NCBI GenBank assembly: GCA_030390025.1
Contig: CM059432.1
Span: 137,084,001-137,148,000 of the forward strand
DNA: 64,000 nucleotides
Source: Squalus acanthias
Lineage: Eukaryota
Direction of reading: 5' to 3'
Shown here: in pieces, positions 12,035-23,339 of the stretch
Numbering within the stretch: position 1 is the stretch's first letter
Layout: each line of letters begins with the position of its first letter
Notes under the pieces: generated by a model
Database searches by the model: none
Told to the model about the DNA's origin: nothing
What the model saw: only the letters and a program-made list of their open reading frames with translations
Position numbers and translations under genes: made by a program

Positions 12035-13289
12035 GATTGGTCTCTTTGTTTATTACTAATTCTTCATTAGCCAATTACCCTTACACGCCAGTCAATGAGC
12101 AGTAAAAGAGTGAGAGTAACGCCAACAGTCTGGAAAGCGAAACACAATTCTGTCCATAATAACATGACAAACACATTTTTAATAAAGCAAAGACATTTTT
12201 AGCGCAATATAAATTCAGCGCAAATGGCATGACTCTGGCGCAGAGATGCGTACTTGTTGACATCTCATGAAAAGGAAGCCCAACGAGATAGTCAACGGGT
12301 AGCAGAGGGAATAAAAGAGGTAGACTTCATCAGATTACACATGGTTCAAAGTGACGTGAAAAAAAAGGCACAGCACGTCGACAAGAAGCATCCTGTAAGA
12401 ATGTAATTACAGAGAGTCCAGTGTAAGCTTTTCCATGATGGCATTGCAGGTAACTTTACACCATCATTACTATTTTTCATTTCTGTCACATGTATGCGGT
12501 ACATTTTACCATTCAATTATGGCTCAATTACAGCTAAACGTCTTTAGGTCACAGTGCTATGCTAATTGAGTATTGCAATTAATTATTGTCTGGGTCGCAT
12601 TTCAACTGATATGAGTTTGGGCAGTCTATCATTTCAATAGACAATGAAGGACTGTAATAAAGGCAGGGTGTAGATCAACACAAATAGTTCTCCTTTAGTG
12701 ATTAGAATGTGTTTTCTGTACAACATTTAATATCAATGTGGGTAGAACTACACTGCAGTCCTACCTGAATGTTACTATGAACGATGAGAATGATGTCTTG
12801 TAAAGAGATAGATTCCTATCACAAAAATAAACTAAGTTTAGCCATTTGAGATACCTGTCAATCATCTCTGATTTCTGCATCTATCTGCTATAATGGATTG
12901 CTGGATCTCATCTTCCTTCATCTGCTGAGTATTGTAACTTTATCCACTGCCACACTCGGAATAAATAAGCCCACAGAGCTTTGACTGCTGTCTTCTGGAA
13001 GAGATGACACAAAGAAGGATGATTGCTTCAGATTTTGTTGTCTTCCCGAGCCACATGATGCATTCAGAGAATTAAAATTTCAACAAGTCATTTGCTGATA
13101 GCCACTCTGCTGATGTGCGGCACCCAGCTTCAATTTCTTGTGGCTGTGCAGACGCTTCGAGGGCAGGAACGTGTTCTGGCTTCATGCCATTTCTCAGACA
13201 TTCTGTTTGTCTGTCTTTGATGCCATAACCAACAAGGTCACCTGACGAGAGAATGCTGCACAAAATCTTGCAGTACCAAGTCCCGTTCA

Positions 13290-13728
13290 CCCATCACTCC
13301 CCTTTATGTTTGCAGACATACATTGGCTCCCGGTCCGGCAACGCCTCAGAAGTTAAAATTCTCATCCTTGTGTTCAAATCCCTCGATGGCTTCACCCCCT
13401 CACTCTCTCTGTAACACTCCTCCAGCCCGACAACCACTCCGAGAAATCTGCACTCCTCCAGTTCTAGCCTCTTGCCCATCCCCGATTTCCATCGCTCCAA
13501 CATCTGCCTAGGCCTTAAGCTCTGGAATTCCCTCCCTAAACCTCTCCACCTCTACTTCTCTCTCCTCCTTTAAGTCTTTAAAACCTATCTCTTTGACCAA
13601 GGGTTTGGTCACCTGCACTACTATCTCTTTACGTGGCTTTGTGTCAAATTTTGTCTGATAACGCTCCTGTGAAGCACCTTGGGATGTTATACATTAAAGA
13701 CGCTATATAAATGCAAACTGTTGTTGTT
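13290..13728 (+). mobile_element. L2 LINE 3' fragment
   Basis: HWLPVRQRL..KILILVFKSL coding end; ttgttg tail. Confidence 0.85.
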
Positions 13729-13831
13729 GCAGTATATGAAGAAGTCAACTAATCGCTAAAACACGGCTTTCAGCAAATTTAAGCAAGCAAAATGGCATCT
13801 GCCGAGACAAAATACACCAGGAAGGCAGCCC

Positions 13832-14175
13832 ACCTCAGGGCAGTGTTCCAGGTCCAACTATCTTCAGCTAATTCATCAATGACCTTTCCTCCATCATAAG
13901 GTCAGAAGTGGGGCTGTTCGCTGATGAATGCACAATGTTCAGTTCCATTCACAATTCCTCAGTTAATGAAGCAGTCCATGCCCGCACGCAACAAGACCTG
14001 GACAACATCCAAACTTGGACTGATAAATGGCAGGTAACATTTGCACCGTGCAAGAACCAGACAATGACCATCTCCAACAAGAGAGAGTCTGACCACCTCC
14101 CCCTGACATTCAATGGCATTACCATCGCCGAATTTCCCCACCACCAACAGCCTAGGGGTCGCCATTGACCAGAAA
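13832..14175 (+). mobile_element. RT fragment of a second CR1-group LINE family
   Basis: PQGSVPGPTIFS..FIND..GLFADEC..QQDLDNIQTWTDKWQVTF. Confidence 0.8.
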
Positions 14176-14445
14176 ATATTTGCACGGTCTATTTTTTAGG
14201 CCTATTTTCTCAGAAGCAAATAAAACCAAGTTAAAAAGTAAACATTCCAGATTGTCGACAGCTTTTAAGATCCAGTGAATTATTGTTGCCAGAAATCATC
14301 TGAAGACGATTAGACTTAAATGTCTCATCAATTAAAAATGAACTAACACCATCTGTTTGAAAATAGAATTACATTGGCGAGCTGCAGTGAACCTTTCCCC
14401 AGCACCAGCCCATTTTCAGGTTCAAACAAACAGCAGTAACCTAGA

Positions 14446-14675
14446 ATAACAACAGAAAACGCTGGAAAAACTCAGCAGGTCAAGCAGCATCCGTGGAGAG
14501 AGAAACAGAGTTAACGTTTCAGGTCGAAGACCTTTCATCAGTTCTGATGAAAGGTCTTCGACCTGAAACGTTAACTCTGTTTCTCTCTCCACGGATGCTG
14601 CCTGGCCTGCTGAGTTTTTCCAGCGTTTTCTGTTGTTATTTCGGATTTCCAGCATCCGCAGTATTTTGCTATCGT
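14446..14675. mobile_element. Penelope-like palindromic mini-element (family B)
   Basis: 14-bp TSD agcagtaacctaga (14432-14445 / 14676-14689); ~97-bp inverted arms (14445-14541 / 14544-14640) with 2 mismatches; hammerhead core. Confidence 0.85.
14540..14576 (+). ncRNA. Minimal type I hammerhead ribozyme motif
   Basis: agtt-CTGATGA-a-aggtc(ttc)gacct-GAA-ACGT-T-aact: both core boxes, stem II, palindromic stem III, stem I; mirror copy on the minus strand. Confidence 0.72.
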
Positions 14676-14961
14676 AGCAGTAACCTAGAGTTCTTCTGCG
14701 CCAGTCTTTTGCACTTTTTGTTTCAATAATAACATATAATGCTCGCTCGGTACTCTGGGCGTGAAGGCTCCATAAAACAGGTGGAAGGAAACCTCAGATC
14801 CGAAAATTGTAAAATATTTATCTGTGTTTAACACTCAAAGCAATATTTCGAGGTAACGTCATGGCACAAGTAAAGAACATATTCTGAATCTCCAAAAATA
14901 TCTTATTGTAGTTCATTCACACAGGCGATGATTTTCAGTTCTGGGACAATTTATGGTGTAA

Positions 14962-15752
14962 CATAGAATCTTAGAATCATAGAAAGTTACAGCACAGAAG
15001 GAGGCCATTTGGGCCCATCGTGTCCGCACCGGCCAACAAAGAGCTATCCAGCCTAATCCCACTTCCCAGCTCTTGGTCCGTAGCCCTGCAGGTTAGAGCA
15101 TCCCAAGTGCTCATCCAAGTACTTTTTAAATGTGGTTAGGGTTTCTGCCTCTACCACCCTTTCAGGCAGTGAGTTCCAGACCCCCACAACCCTCTGGGTG
15201 AAGAAATTTCCCCTCAAATCTCCTCTAAACCTTCCACCAATTACTTTAAATCTGTGCCCCCTGGTTTTTGACTCCTCTGCTAAGGGAAATAGGTCCTTTC
15301 TATCCACTTTATCTATGCCCCTCATAATTTTATACACCTCAATAAGGTCTCCCCTCAGCCTCCTCTGTTCCAAGGAAAACAAACCCAGCCTATCCAGTCT
15401 TTCCTCATAGCTAAGATTCTCTACTCCTGGCAACATCCTTGTAAATCTCCTCTGTACCCTCTCTAGTGCAATCACATCTTTCCTGTAATGTGGTGACCAG
15501 AACTGCACGCAGTACTCTAGCTGAGGCCTAACTAGTGTTTTATACAGTTGAAGCATAACCCCCCTGCTCTTGTATTCTATGCCACGGCTAATAAAGGCAA
15601 GCATTCCGTATGCCTTCTTAACCACCTTATCTACCTGGCCTGCTACCTTCAGGGATCTGTGGACATGCACTCTAAGGTCCCTTTGTTCCTCTACACTACT
15701 CAGTGTCCTACTATTTAATGTGTATTCCCTTTCCTTGTTAGCCCTCCCCCAT
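14962..15752 (-). mobile_element. CR1 LINE 3' fragment
   Basis: ORF 15053-15787 has LYKTLVRPQLEYCVQFWSPHY and RRLRGDLIEVYKI; gattctat tail. Confidence 0.92.
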
Positions 15753-16290
15753 CTGGGACTAATATGTATATATCTACCACAACACAAAAGTAGAAGTTAT
15801 CCTGCTGCTGCTCCCCTAGAAACATTAATAAAGTCCGTTCCTCTTAATTCATTTTCAGTTACATAAGCAGTGGTTTCAGGTGTTCCTGTACATCTTCGAC
15901 AAAGAGTAGCTCTATTAGTGATATGATAACCTAATTTACATAGAATTTCATAGAATGTACAGCATAGAAACAGGCCTAGACTGCTCAAGTCCAGATCATG
16001 TAAGGTAGATATGGGGTGAAAACTACTGCTTGGGACGTCAAGCCAGCTGCAGCAGAAGACAGGCAGTGGAAGCACGTTACTCAGCAGCTGCCAAGTGTTG
16101 CAACCCCCTCCTATTAAATCGAATTATTTCATGAGCTGGTTGGAAGGCGGACGTCACCTGCGGTTAATGATTCCGACGTCCTGCTCCATACTGAACAAAG
16201 TATAATATGATTGAGAGAGTTGCTGCAGGGCAGATGGAAATTGTAAAAGAGTTGCAGAGTAAGAGTGAAGGATTGAGAGAGAGGTCACTA

Positions 16291-17483
16291 AAAAGAAAGA
16301 CTTGAATTTATATGGCCTCTTTCACGAGTGCAGAATGTCCCAAGTGCTTTAAAGCCAATGGAGTACTTTTTTTTGAAGTGTAGGGGGCGATTTTGCCAGC
16401 CCTGAGGAGGCGGGTATGGAGGCGGGACTGCCGGGAAAATGGCAGAATTTGGGGGCGGGTGGCAAACCCGTCTCCCTGGAGGCGGGAAGGGATTAAAGCC
16501 TATTAACTGCCTGTTAACAGGCAGAAAATAGGATTATCCCCTTTTTGCCCTCACAAGTGCGGGCTTCCCGAAGGCTCCAAAACCCGCCAGCTCAGCGAGG
16601 CGAGTACTGGGTCTGCGGGGGTCGGGGTGCAAAAGTGTGGTGTGAAGTTAAGTGATGGGTGCAAGAGTGTAGAGGTGAGTATCTGAGGTAAGTCCTAAGT
16701 GTTTTTAAAAGTGTACTTACCTTTGTTTCTTCCTGCAGGCTTCAGTCGGTTTCTATGCAGAGAGTCTCGCGTTTCGTGTTGCAGATGAGAGATGTCCGTT
16801 GCATTCTCAGAGGCAAGAAACATCTCATTTCTGTAAAAGAAAGAAGGTTGATAAGGTCTTGTATGCAAGACCTCATCAAACTGCAGATATTGTCACTGTT
16901 TGATAGCTTCACAGAGCTGTCAAACGATGACAATTCAACTGTCAAAAATTTTTGACAGATGAAACGTCATACGTTGACGTGCTCTGCAACCGGCTTCCCC
17001 TTAATTGGCCTGCTAAGCCCGCTGGGCGGGCCTAACAAAGTCAATCAAGGGAAAATAGCGTGGGTTGGCCACAATTCGATGGAGGCGGGACTGAAACCCG
17101 ACAAGCAGCAGCCTCCAACGTGCCTCCATTCACAAAATCGCCCCCGTAGTAATGTAGGAATTGCAACAGCCAATTTGCACACATCCAGGTCTCACAAACA
17201 GCATAATCTGCATTTTAGTGACATTAGTTGAGGAATAAATATTGGCCAAGACACCGGGGAGAACTCCGCTGCTCTTCTTTGAAATAGTGACAGGGGAACT
17301 TTCACATCCACCTGAGATGGCAGACAGGGCCTCAGTTCAACATCTCATCTGCTGTGCTGCACTCGATCAGCACTGCACTGGAGTGTCAGCCTAGATTTTG
17401 TGTACAAGTCTCTGGAATAGGACTTGAACCCACAACCTTCTGAGTCAGAGGTGAAAATGCTACCACTGAGCCACAGCTGACAC
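16291..17483 (-). mobile_element. DeuSINE interrupted by the MITE at 16383-17145
   Basis: SINE sequence continues across the insert. Confidence 0.85.
16383..17145. mobile_element. Harbinger-type MITE
   Basis: Perfect 13-bp TIR gggggcgattttg / caaaatcgccccc; 3-bp TSD GTA. Confidence 0.88.
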
Positions 17484-17629
17484 ATAAGCTTGTACTCATT
17501 CAGCATCCACACAGATACACTTTCCAGAATAGGTAACTCGACAGTAATCAGGAGTGAGAACTCTGACCAATTTTCCTCTTTCTAGTCTAGGGGCACTGAC
17601 ACCCATTGTAAAATCTCAAGTCTCAAACT

Positions 17630-17825
17630 AGACCCACTTCAGAGACTTATGTAATCCAGGCTGACACTCCAGTGCCGTACTGAGGGAGTGCAGAGCTGTC
17701 AGAGGTGCCGTCTTTCAGATGAGATGTGAAGCCGAGGCCCCGTCTGCCCTCTCGGGTGGACGCAAAGGATCCCATGGCATTATTTCAAAGAAGAACAGGG
17801 ATTTATCAGCCAATATTTATCCCTC
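17630..17825 (+). mobile_element. DeuSINE partial
   Basis: ccaggctgacactccagtg...gaggccccgtctgccctctc. Confidence 0.8.
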
Positions 17826-18420
17826 GTGACTTTGCGACCTGTGAATCATTCAATTGCCTCACACAGCCATCCAAGCACAGTCATGATATCGACAGAAAAA
17901 ATCTTCTAGAAATTTCTAGCATGGAATATTTACAACAAAATCTTACATTTCTTCATTCATAGCATTCTCTGAAGAGACTCCGGTAAACTTAGATATATTC
18001 ATTTCTTTTTCAGCAAAGAGGAAGCTCCAGTCCTCAGAGGGTTGAGGGATTCTACACGAACCAGCCACTTTCTGGAACTTTCCCCAAGCAGCCTTAGTTA
18101 ATGTGCGAGTCTAGGCAAAGGGATAACTTGTCATCTTCACTGCCTGGGCACTAAACTGGTAGAATGGAGCACCTGGCTATTGTAGAACCCGGTCCGATTT
18201 TCATTCCACTAATTTCAAAATCAGACGAGCTCTACAACGAGTGGACTTCAATCTGCTTCCCCCGATTATTGCCCAGATAGTGAAGACTACAATTTACCCC
18301 CACAGGTTTGATGAGCTATTTACAGTCGGGCCCCACCTTGCTCCAGGAGATGGCCCACACCTCATGCGCTGCTAGGAGTGGTTCACTGGACAGTGATTAA
18401 GAGCAAGGAACCTGGCTAAT

Positions 18421-18880
18421 GTCAGCCGTGGCTCATTTGGTAGCACCCTCACCTCTGAGTCACAAGGTTGCTGATTACACTGGTTTAAGTCCCACTCCAG
18501 AGACTTGAGCACACAAATCTAGGCTGACACTCCAGTGCAGTGCTGAGGGAGGGCTGCACTGTCGGAGGTGCCGTCTTTCGGACGAAACGTTAAACCGAGG
18601 CCCCGTCTGCTCTCTCAAGTGGACGTAAAAGATCTCACGGCACTATTTTGAAGAAGAGCGGGGGAGTTATCCTCGGTGTCCTGGCCAAATTTATCCCTCA
18701 ACCAACATCACTAAAACAGATTATCTGGTCATTATCACATTGCTGTTTGTGGGAGCTTGCTGTGTGCAAATTGGCTGCCGTGTTTCCTACATTACAACGC
18801 TCATTGGCTGTAAAGCGCTTTGGGACGTCCGGTGGTCGTGAACGGCGCTGCAGAAATGCAAGTCTTTCTTTCTTTTCTTT
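18421..18880 (+). mobile_element. DeuSINE full length, nested in an older minus-strand tRNA-SINE (~18350-19040)
   Basis: A/B-box head, core and ctttctttc tail; the older SINE resumes on both sides. Confidence 0.88.
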
Positions 18881-19639
18881 AATTTTCCCATCCCCAACCC
18901 AAGGGTGTCGAGGCCAATTGAGGCTCGCTTAGCATCTCGTTGCATGGTACCAGTTAACTCAGCATGGAGGTCAAACCTCGGACCTTCTTGAGTTGAGTGT
19001 CTCAGATACGCTACCTTAACCAGTCGAGTCACTGGGGGAGCCCTCTCTTTGACTTTTGATTATGTCTCTGACAACTTGGAGAAAATGACAAATCTGAGTG
19101 GCAGTATAACCTTTCTTAAAATACAATAGTTCCTTGAATGGAACTGCAAGTCTAATTAATCAAAAAATAATTATGTCTGGGAATTATGTGAGCGGTGGAG
19201 ATAGTGCACTGATAACTTGCTTTTGCTTCAGGTCAGACAGCACATTATCAACAACTCTCAATCATGTCAGTGCTTTCCTAGCAGAGACAAGCCTCATTAC
19301 TTAACTAATAAACTATCTCTCTGATAGTTAATTATAAACCTCTTCTTTTTTTTAAACAAAGCTGTTTCATTAGAACTTTTTTAATGATCTGCAACAAAGC
19401 TCTTTTAGCATCAGACACCAAGTAGTTGAATATCATTAATAAAAGTTAATACAACCCCTAAAGGAAGTGAATAATAATTAATTTTCTCCTTTTTTTCAAT
19501 TAGTGCTTGATTTGGACAGACACTGACAAATGTACAAATGTGATTTAGCCAAAGAACCTGGAAATTGTGTTCAGTGTAAGAGTTCAGTTATCTTCCTTAA
19601 TGGGAAAAATACAAGCCTGCTTATCATCAAACTAGAGAC

Positions 19640-20000
19640 TACTATTCAAAATCATGAGGGGTTTTGATAGAGTAAATAAGGAGAAACTGTTTCCACTGGC
19701 AGAGGGTCGGTAACCAGAGGACACAGATTTAAGGTCATTGGCAAAAGAACCAGAGGGGAGATGAGGAGAATTATTTTACTCAGCGAGTTGTTATGATCTG
19801 GAATGCAGTGTCTGAAAGGGTGGTGGAGGCAGACTCAATAATAACTTTAAAAAGGGAATTGGATAAATACTTGAAGGGGAAACCTGTGAAGGGCTGTGGG
19901 GAAAGAGCAGGGGAGTGGGACTAATTGGATAGCTCTTTCAAAGAGCCGGCAGAGGCACAATGGACTGAAAGGCCTGCTTCTGTGCTGTATGATTCTATGA
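19640..20000 (+). mobile_element. CR1/HER1-like 3' end
   Basis: FKIMRGFDRVNKEKLFPL..; gattctatga tail. Confidence 0.87.
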
Positions 20001-20439
20001 TACAACACAAATACCGTCTTGGTTGTCTCTTTGAACTCAGACCAGTAGCTCAGTCACCAACCTCTAATGCTGTCTTTCATTGTACAATTGTTTTAGGACT
20101 CCACTTTTACCTCTGACAGAAGCCATTAAAACTGTCCACTCCTAGGTAGCTGCACAGCCAACAATATAGTTGTGAAGTACTTTTTTGTATCACATGGATG
20201 GAGTTTCTATTCAATATTTGTTCTTATTTTACGACTGGCTGTTCTCAAAGGCCAATTTTTAGCCTCCTGTTATGATACCACAGGAAGCTTTCTCAACACT
20301 CCCGCTCTGACTTCCTCACAGCTTCATCAGAATGTTAGCACATGTGTGAACGTGCACTCTCCCCAAAGGGTTTTAATCCCTTTTCCCACATCACCTCTGG
20401 ATTGGCTGTTATTCCTGCCTTTTTATTTCAGTCTCCCTG

Positions 20440-21050
20440 AGCTCTGGCTCAGTGGGTAGCACTCTCTCGCCTTTGAGTCAGAAGGTTGTGGGTCTCAAGT
20501 CCCACTCCAGAGACTTGAGCACAAAATCCAGGCCAACACTCCCAGTGACAGTGCTGAGGGAGTGCTGCACTTTCAGAGGTGCCTCCTTCACATGAGACAT
20601 TAAACTGAGGCCCTGTCTGCTCGCTCAGGTGGATGTAAATGATCCCATGGCACTATTTCGAAGGTCGCACAACACCAGGTTATAGTCCAACAGTTTTATT
20701 TGAAATCACAAGCTTTCGGAGCTATCGATTTGCTCCTATAACCTGGTGTTGTGCGACCTCTCAATTTTGTCCACCCCAGTCCAACACCGGCATCTCCGCA
20801 TCATGACTATTTCGAAGAGCAGGGGAGTTCTCCCCGGTGTCCTGGCCAATATTTATCCCTCAATTAACATAACAAAAACAGATTATCTGGTCGTTATCAC
20901 GTTGCTGTTTGTGGGACCTTGCTGTGCCCAAATTGGCTGCCACGTTTCCTACAGTGACTACACTTCAAAAGTACTTCATTGGCTGTAAAACACTTTGAGA
21001 CACTCGGAGGTCATGAAAGGCGCTATATAAATACAAGTTCTTTCTTTTTT
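20440..21050 (+). mobile_element. DeuSINE full length with a nested Penelope-like insert
   Basis: Head ggctcagtgggtagcac through to the tail. Confidence 0.88.
20664..20805. mobile_element. Penelope-like mini-element (family A), hairpin centre deleted
   Basis: 12-bp TSD actatttcgaag; residual arms gtcgcacaacaccaggttatag / ctataacctggtgttgtgcgac. Confidence 0.82.
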
Positions 21051-22204
21051 CCCTGTTCGAGTCTCTATTTTGCTGCAGATTCTCATGATCTCAAGTTTAC
21101 CAATCATTACCAGACTTGATACCCAAGCTGTGGCTGGTTAACTGAAGCTATTAGCCGACACTTTCCATGTATTTGTTGGTGGTGGGGAACCTCACCTGTT
21201 ACCAGTACATATTGGAAGATCACGGGCGTGAGTTCCTACTCACTGGCTCTCGGGACGTGGCCTGTGGGTAGAAGATGTAAGGTGGGGGCTGCCAGCCTCT
21301 GCATGGGCAAATGTGGGCTGCACCAATGGGGTCCTGGCCAGCAATGTCCCCTGGACCCACCGAAGAAACCTCAGGTCATTTTTTGTTTCAAAATGTTTCT
21401 CGATTTCCTTGCTTCGGGGGGCTGAATGGAACATGGTCGGGGTCTGTGGGTGGGGGGTGGAGGTGGAGGTGGAGGTTAACCATCCCCAATGCTGGGCAGA
21501 TGCCGGAGTTCCCAGTCTGTAAACTTGATTCGCAGAGACAACCCATACGGCAGCAACTTTAATCCCAGCGGGAGAAGGCAATAAGCCGCCCCTTTTTGCA
21601 ATTCAGCATTTTGCGTTTATTTCACATTTTCAGTATTCACCCTTTTCCTTGCAATCTTTACCATGCAAACCCACATGCAAAAAAATAAATAAAATAAAAA
21701 TAGAAAGGTTAAAATTAAGCTGCTTCCCTGGTGCATTTGTCTCGTGAGGACTGTTCGAGGTTGCAATCTGTTAGCAGGAACCAGGCATCCTTTGGAGTGA
21801 CCATTGTTATGATGAAACTTGATGACTTTGAATGCGTACAGATCATATTATTATCTATAGTGGCTACCTAGCTAAAAATACCACACCGAATATATTTCTT
21901 TGTGTGCCGCAAACTTATTTAATAATGATATAGCCAGCGGTAACCTGGATTTTTTTTTAACCTGTGTTGTTTCTCAGTGTGCAGTTTTGCATTTGATGAT
22001 AATCTCTTCATTGAAAGAGTGAAATGCTCCAAGGAGCAGCAAAGAACTAAATATTAAGTACTCTTGCGTGACTTTTAAGCTGCATTGCGCAGATGTTTAA
22101 ATGGTAGATTTTTGCTGAAAGGTTGCAATAAAGATCCTGGACAGAGCAGCCAATTAGGGCATACAAATGTTTAGGAACAAAAAGAGGCCATTTTCCCCAC
22201 AAGT

Positions 22205-22620
22205 CTGGAACTAGGGGTCACAGTCTCGAAATAAAGGGCCGTGAATCGTTGTAATTCTCTACCACAAAGGGCTGTGGATGCTCAATCGTTGAGTATATTC
22301 AAGACAGATATCGATAGATTTTTGGATACTAAGGGAATCAAGGGATATGAGGATAGGGGAAAGTGGAGATGAGGTAGAAGATCAACCATGATCTTATTGA
22401 ATGGCAGAGCAGGCTCGAAGGACCAAATGGCTTGAATATACTCAACGACTGAGCATCCACAGCCTTTTGGGAATTCCAAAGATGCACAACCTTCTGAGTG
22501 AAGAAATTCCTCCTCATCTCAGTCCTAAATGGCTGATCCCTTATCCTGAGACTATGCCCCCTAGTTCTAGAGTCTCCAGCCAGGGGAAACAGCCTCTGAG
22601 CACCTACCTTGTCAAGCCCT
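22205..22620. mobile_element. Two overlapping CR1 3' fragments joined tail-to-tail
   Basis: Plus piece ~22205-22430 and minus piece ~22431-22620 cover overlapping parts of ORF2. Confidence 0.75.
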
Positions 22621-22814
22621 GTCGAATTATTTTTTGTGGGCCACGGAGGAGCAGGAGTGCTCCACAAGCATAAACTGGGCTGCTGCCGCTCCGCAACCTC
22701 CACCCTCCGTGATCGCACCACCCCTACCCGCTGTCCCGGTCTGATCTTGAGCCATCAATCTAGCAAGCTGCACTGGGCCGCCTGTTTGACTCCCCACAGC
22801 CCACCGGCCAAATC

Positions 22815-23120
22815 TAACCGTGGCTCAGTTGGCAGCATTCTCACTGCCAAGTCAGAAAGATCGTGGATTCAAGCCCCACTCCAGAGCAGGGGAGTTCTCC
22901 TGGGTGTCCCGGTCAATATTTATCACACAACCAACATCACTAAACCAGACTACCTGGTCATTATCACAGTGCTGTTTGTGGGAGCTTGCTGTGCACAAAT
23001 TGACTGCTGTGTTTCCTACATTACAACAATGACTTTGCTTCAAAAAAGTACTTCATTGGCTGTATATCTCGTTGGGACATCGTGAAAGGCGCTATATAAA
23101 TGTAAGTTTTTTGATTCTTT
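22815..23120 (+). mobile_element. DeuSINE with an internal deletion
   Basis: Head joined directly to agagcaggggagttctcc. Confidence 0.8.
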
Positions 23121-23339
23121 CTTTAAATGAGGCTGGGGCCTCAAAATAGCTGTTGGCGGGGGTGTGGCCTCTTTGCCACCTGAATGGGCTGTCAAGGGTC
23201 AAAATCCACATGTGCCCAGATTTCAGTCAAGGCTCCCCGCTGGGGAGGGAGGAGGGGTGCAGTCGGAAAATTACCCCTCAAATGCAAAGCCTCACAGTGC
23301 CATTTTGGTTCGGTTGCCTGTACTTTAATGACGGTGTAA

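Noticed and set aside
14422..14729. Near-identical ORFs on opposite strands
   Set aside because: A consequence of the DNA palindrome, not coding
18421..18500. tRNA gene-like A/B boxes
   Set aside because: They continue into the SINE body and are SINE heads, not tRNA genes
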